Under the pieces are notes generated by a model, which had not been told where the DNA came from, ran no database searches, and was given only the letters and a program-made list of their open reading frames with translations. 20,448 nt of DNA from Snowella sp. (GTDB lineage Bacteria > Cyanobacteriota > Cyanobacteriia > Cyanobacteriales > Microcystaceae): assembly GCA_035285545.1 (NCBI GenBank), contig JAYKGY010000116.1, positions 1 to 20,448 on the forward strand. The letters run 5' to 3'. Numbering within the stretch: position 1 is the first letter of the stretch; the number at the start of each line of letters is the position of its first letter. Shown here piece after piece: positions 17,369-20,448 of this stretch. A program made the translations under genes and the position numbers.

Positions 17369-17773
17369 ATGGATATTCTCAACGAACTCAAACAACGGGA
17401 ACCGATTTTTCATCATCCTGAATTTGGAACAACACGACAAGATTTTGAACGGATGACGGACGAAGCTTTTGTTGAAGTTGGGGCTTCTGGTCGTCAATAT
17501 AGTCGGGAATACATTTTAGAAGATGTATTAAAACGCTACGAAAACCCAGAATATCGGGGAATACACGCTCCCCCAGAAAACACTTGGAAAACGAAGGATT
17601 TTCATTGTCATACAATCGCACCTAATACTTATCTCCTCACCTATATTCTGATTCAAGATAAGCGGGTAACTCGTCGAGTTAGCATCTGGCAACAATGCAG
17701 CGATGATTGGAAGATTCTGTATCATCAAGGAACTTTAGTTCAAGATCCATCAGTTGAACTGTTAAATGCTTAA
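17369..17773 (+). CDS. DUF4440 / NTF2-like (SnoaL fold) protein
   Basis: REPIFH, F.EVGASGR.Y.R, YLLTY, TRR.SIW....DWKILYHQGT. Confidence 0.85.
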   Translation: MDILNELKQREPIFHHPEFGTTRQDFERMTDEAFVEVGASGRQYSREYILEDVLKRYENPEYRGIHAPPENTWKTKDFHCHTIAPNTYLLTYILIQDKRVTRRVSIWQQCSDDWKILYHQGTLVQDPSVELLNA

Positions 17774-17817
17774 TCTAGAAAAAATACATCTACAGGGCGA
17801 TCGCGGCGCGAAGGATT

Positions 17818-18066
17818 ATCACTGATCTTATAGTAGTGGAGGAGGCTTAAGCCTTTGCTAATCAAGAATTGTCGTCGTGTATAAAGTCCCAGATTGGTTC
17901 AATATGGCAATCCTAAACGATTTGTAACAGGTAAGGTAGAAAGGCTCTCTTGGATTAGCCTTGTAAAATGTTCAATCGTGATACAAAATCATTTCTTGTG
18001 TTCTCTTGTAACTGTTTCTACTGTTCTATATAGTCTTTAGACCACCACTGCTATCGCATCACTACC
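17818..18066 (-). mobile_element. Non-autonomous IS1-like remnant / MITE (about 250 bp) with one intact and one degenerate terminal repeat
   Basis: Right end (minus strand) GGTAGTGATGCGATAGCAGTGGTGG; left end ATCACTGATCTTATAGTAGTGGAGG is a degenerate inverted copy; 18021-18066 matches 20322-20367 at 42/46. No TSD found. Confidence 0.5.
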
Positions 18067-18204
18067 TGTTTGATGAGAAGGGGGAGAGGCTAGAATCCTT
18101 TCTAAACGGGAGTCCTCTTTGGCATTTTTAGATAGGGGTTCAACAAAGTTGCTAAGATCAGAAAAAATCAATATCTAGCTGACAACTCCCAACCAAAAAC
18201 AATT

Positions 18205-19053
18205 ATGCGTCGATTTCTTAGTATTTTGCTCATCTGTCTTTTGAGCATCACGACCGTAGCTTGTGGCGGTGGATCAACTCCAACCCAAGCTATCAAAACT
18301 GCTCCAAAAATTGAAAATCAAATTAGCAGTGGGCGTTATCCTGTCCAACAGGCAACCTATGATGATAGCGATGGGGTTTATAGCCTGATGTTGCTCAATA
18401 CACCTGCGGGAACGCCTCCCACTTACCGTACCGACAAACTGCAAATGGCTCGTCTCAGCGATGAGGACATTAAGAAGGGTGAAAAGACCTCTGTGCAGAT
18501 TAATGGGGATCAAGCGGAAATGTATTTAACCGAAGATTTCAAAATTGAATATGTCCATAATGTGACAGAAACGGTCGAAAATCCCCAAACAGGTCAGCCC
18601 GAAACCGTTGTCGTTCGTCGGGAATCTAACTTTTGGACACCCTTTGCTGGAGCCTTAGCGGGTCAAGCCTTAGGGAGTTTACTGTTTAGACCTCAATATT
18701 ATGTTCCACCGATGTATTCTGGTGGCCCGTTAACAGGTTACGGCGGTTATGGTTCAAGTTATGGACAAGCGGTCAATACCTATCGGAGTCGTTATAATTC
18801 CGCGCCGACGGTGGAAAAGAATCGTCAAACCTTAAGAACGACGGGGAATATCCGTAAATATCCCTCTTCTACTTCTAATAAAGCAGTGCGTAAGCCTAAC
18901 TATAATTCCACAAAGTCTAGTGGTTCAGGTTTTGGATCGAGTCGTCTTAAATCGTCGGGATCTTCGAGTTCTTCAAGTTCTCGGATGAAACGCAGCAGTG
19001 GGTTCGGCAGTAGTTCGGGAATGCGATCGCGCAGTAGTGGTCGTCGTCGTTAG
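18205..19053 (+). CDS. Conserved hypothetical lipoprotein with Gly/Tyr-rich and Ser/Arg-rich C-terminal tail
   Basis: Signal peptide with lipobox-like TVAC, internal hydrophobic FWTPFAGALAGQALGSLLF, low-complexity basic tail ending GFGSSSGMRSRSSGRRR. Confidence 0.85.
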   Translation: MRRFLSILLICLLSITTVACGGGSTPTQAIKTAPKIENQISSGRYPVQQATYDDSDGVYSLMLLNTPAGTPPTYRTDKLQMARLSDEDIKKGEKTSVQINGDQAEMYLTEDFKIEYVHNVTETVENPQTGQPETVVVRRESNFWTPFAGALAGQALGSLLFRPQYYVPPMYSGGPLTGYGGYGSSYGQAVNTYRSRYNSAPTVEKNRQTLRTTGNIRKYPSSTSNKAVRKPNYNSTKSSGSGFGSSRLKSSGSSSSSSSRMKRSSGFGSSSGMRSRSSGRRR

Positions 19054-19091
19054 TTTAAAGCGTTTATTCGTTCGTTAACGATTTTTTGAAT

Positions 19092-19126
19092 ATTCCCTCT
19101 AAATTTAAATTTTTAGGGGGAATTTT
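19092..19126 (+). terminator. Terminator between convergent lipoprotein and regulator genes
   Basis: ATTCCCTCTAAA-N8-TTTAGGGGGAAT followed by TTT. Confidence 0.65.
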
Positions 19127-19217
19127 AATATTAAAGGATTAATTGCTACTTACGGCCACTCGATGGTTTACAAAGGACTTTCAGGAGAAATGGAGCCAAA
19201 GTAAGGTGATGCGTGGA

Positions 19218-19865
19218 TTAGGGTAGATTACTTTCAATCGACCAACGGGCTAATTCGGTTCGATTATGTAAATTGGTTTTATTTAACATATTCGATACAT
19301 GGCTTTCAATGGTTCGTTGGCTCACGTTTAATTTATCGGCAATTTCTCGGTTAGACATTCCCTGAGCGACTAATTGCACCACTTTTAATTCCGTCGGTGT
19401 GAGTTCTACATTACTGGGGACGTATAGCCGATTGCCATCATCCATGGGTTTATTGCCAAAGCGCATTAAGCGGCTTGCCTGGCGTAAAGAGGATTCAACT
19501 TGAGCAACTAACTCTTCCGGTTCAAAGGGTTTGACCATATAGACATCTGCCCCTAAGTTTAACCCTTTCACGCGATCCTGGCTTTGTCCTTTTGCGGAGA
19601 GAAACATAACAGGAATCCAGCTAATACGGGGGTCTTGTCGAATTCGTTCGACCAGTGCATAGCCGTCCATCTCTGGCATCATGATGTCACAGATAATCAT
19701 GTTGGGGGTATAGTTCTCCAGAATCTCTAAGGCTTCACGACCATTCTCTGCGGTTTTTACGATATAGCCCTGAAATTCTAAATAATCTTTCACTAATAAA
19801 ATTAGGTTAGGGTCATCATCAATGAGTAAGAGTTGGTTATGGTCTTTTTGAGAATTGTCTTTCAT
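19218..19865 (-). CDS. NarL/LuxR-family response regulator, Rre1/OrrA-like
   Basis: Receiver LLLIDDD, CDIMMPEMDG, FLSAK, KPF; LuxR HTH LTPTELKVVQLVAQGMSNREIA..LNVSQRTIESHVSNML; ATG at 19865 preferred over TTG at 19925. Confidence 0.9.
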   Translation of the reverse strand: MKDNSQKDHNQLLLIDDDPNLILLVKDYLEFQGYIVKTAENGREALEILENYTPNMIICDIMMPEMDGYALVERIRQDPRISWIPVMFLSAKGQSQDRVKGLNLGADVYMVKPFEPEELVAQVESSLRQASRLMRFGNKPMDDGNRLYVPSNVELTPTELKVVQLVAQGMSNREIADKLNVSQRTIESHVSNMLNKTNLHNRTELARWSIESNLP

Positions 19866-20145
19866 TATTATTTCATTTCTGACAGGAGAAGAAGCCGTAT
19901 TAAAGCGCGATCGCGTCTTGGTCAAACCAATTAGCCCAAGAACTTAGCCACAGAAAGCAAGTAAATTATAGGGGTTTAAGGAGAACTTCACAAGATATTT
20001 AAACGCGAAATTAGTTAAGTTTCACAAGGCATAAAAGAATTTCCCCAACGATCAATCAGGTATTTTTTTGGATCGATTCAGTTTTGCCTATGTTTTTCTG
20101 GGTTAGTATTGATAGCAAGATGAATCATTGATAAAGCTCTTAACA

Positions 20146-20321
20146 TTACCTAGACATTGGTAAAGAATGCACTAAAAAGGCGTATTCTTGCACAATCTGA
20201 TTTCCCTGAATATGTTCTTGAAGAATTCGTTCAATAACCTCTGGGGTCGCATGGCGATACCAAACTCCATCAGGATAAACCAATAAAATCGGCCCGTCCA
20301 TACAAACCCGCAAACAATTGG
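20146..20321 (-). pseudogene. C-terminal half of a thioredoxin-like [2Fe-2S] ferredoxin, interrupted by insertion
   Basis: 20319..20146 translates NCLRVCMDGPILLVYPDGVWYRHATPEVIERILQEHIQGNQIVQEYAFLVHSLPMSR*; upstream in-frame sequence is unrelated and hits a stop with no start codon; the first cysteine pair is absent. Confidence 0.85.
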
Positions 20322-20448
20322 GGTAGTGATTCGATAGTAGTGGTGGTCTAAAGAGTATATAGAGCAGACATTACATAAAATATCAACTAATATAAATATT
20401 GCTCAAACCTATCTTCTCAATCAACGTTTTTATGACTAACATTTTTAC
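20322..20448 (+). mobile_element. Terminus of an IS1-like element or derived MITE, running off the right window edge
   Basis: Begins GGTAGTGATTCGATAGTAGTGGT (cf. IS1-family GGnnnTG ends) exactly at the ferredoxin breakpoint; second copy at 18021-18066; possible ATG at 20432. Confidence 0.65.

Larger units (their letters stand above)
1192..19914. repeat. Dispersed HIP1 octamers (GCGATCGC), about 25 copies
   Basis: Seen e.g. at 1192, 1624, 2594, 3121, 3643, 4212, 9004, 12031, 13604, 14032, 19023; far above chance; hallmark of cyanobacterial DNA. Confidence 0.95.

Noticed and set aside
18008..18021. GTA-ACTGTTTC-TAC NtcA-like site
   Set aside because: Lies within the MITE-like remnant and lacks a -10 box at about 22 nt on either side; likely chance.
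17774..18066. Idea that inverting 18067-20321 would rebuild the ferredoxin gene (phase-variation switch)
   Set aside because: No N-terminal ferredoxin coding sequence is visible left of the first repeat and no recombinase is encoded in the window.
3894..18513. Other short overlapping ORFs in the track (3894, 4833, 5478, 5892, 6474, 6932, 7604, 7895, 8337, 9802, 9975, 11049, 11384, 11391, 13971, 17388, 17528, 18274)
   Set aside because: All overlap well-supported genes in another frame or strand, mostly non-ATG starts, no family motifs.

Overview
Cyanobacterial chromosomal segment (about 25 HIP1 octamers GCGATCGC; proteins resemble Synechocystis/Chroococcales homologues) bounded by mobile-element sequence at both edges: the 3' end of an IS5-family transposase on the left, and on the right an IS1-like terminus that cuts a thioredoxin-like [2Fe-2S] ferredoxin gene (missed by the ORF track). 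Between them lie mostly core genes: ftsH2, a small hypothetical + stand-alone cNMP-binding protein, a membrane protein with voltage-sensor-like helices, an EcfA/CbiO-like ATPase, flavin reductase, MIF-type tautomerase, gun4, an OFA-family MFS transporter, an ApcI-like phycobilisome linker, a NAGPA/AMIN protein, a cupin (M6P isomerase-like), a PixD-type BLUF protein without adjacent pixE, two divergent CpcS/CpeS-family bilin lyases, a DUF900 hydrolase, a DUF4440 protein, a lipoprotein and an Rre1/OrrA-like response regulator. The best unexplained signals are (i) a promoter-to-terminator, structured, apparently non-coding unit at about 5100-5415, (ii) the head-to-head lyase pair sharing one central NtcA-type site with -10 boxes on both sides, (iii) the orphan pixD, and (iv) a 46-bp IS1-like end present twice in inverted orientation, one copy at the exact ferredoxin breakpoint. 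No CRISPR array, tRNA or rRNA was recognised. All family assignments are from motif recognition and memory, not database searches.
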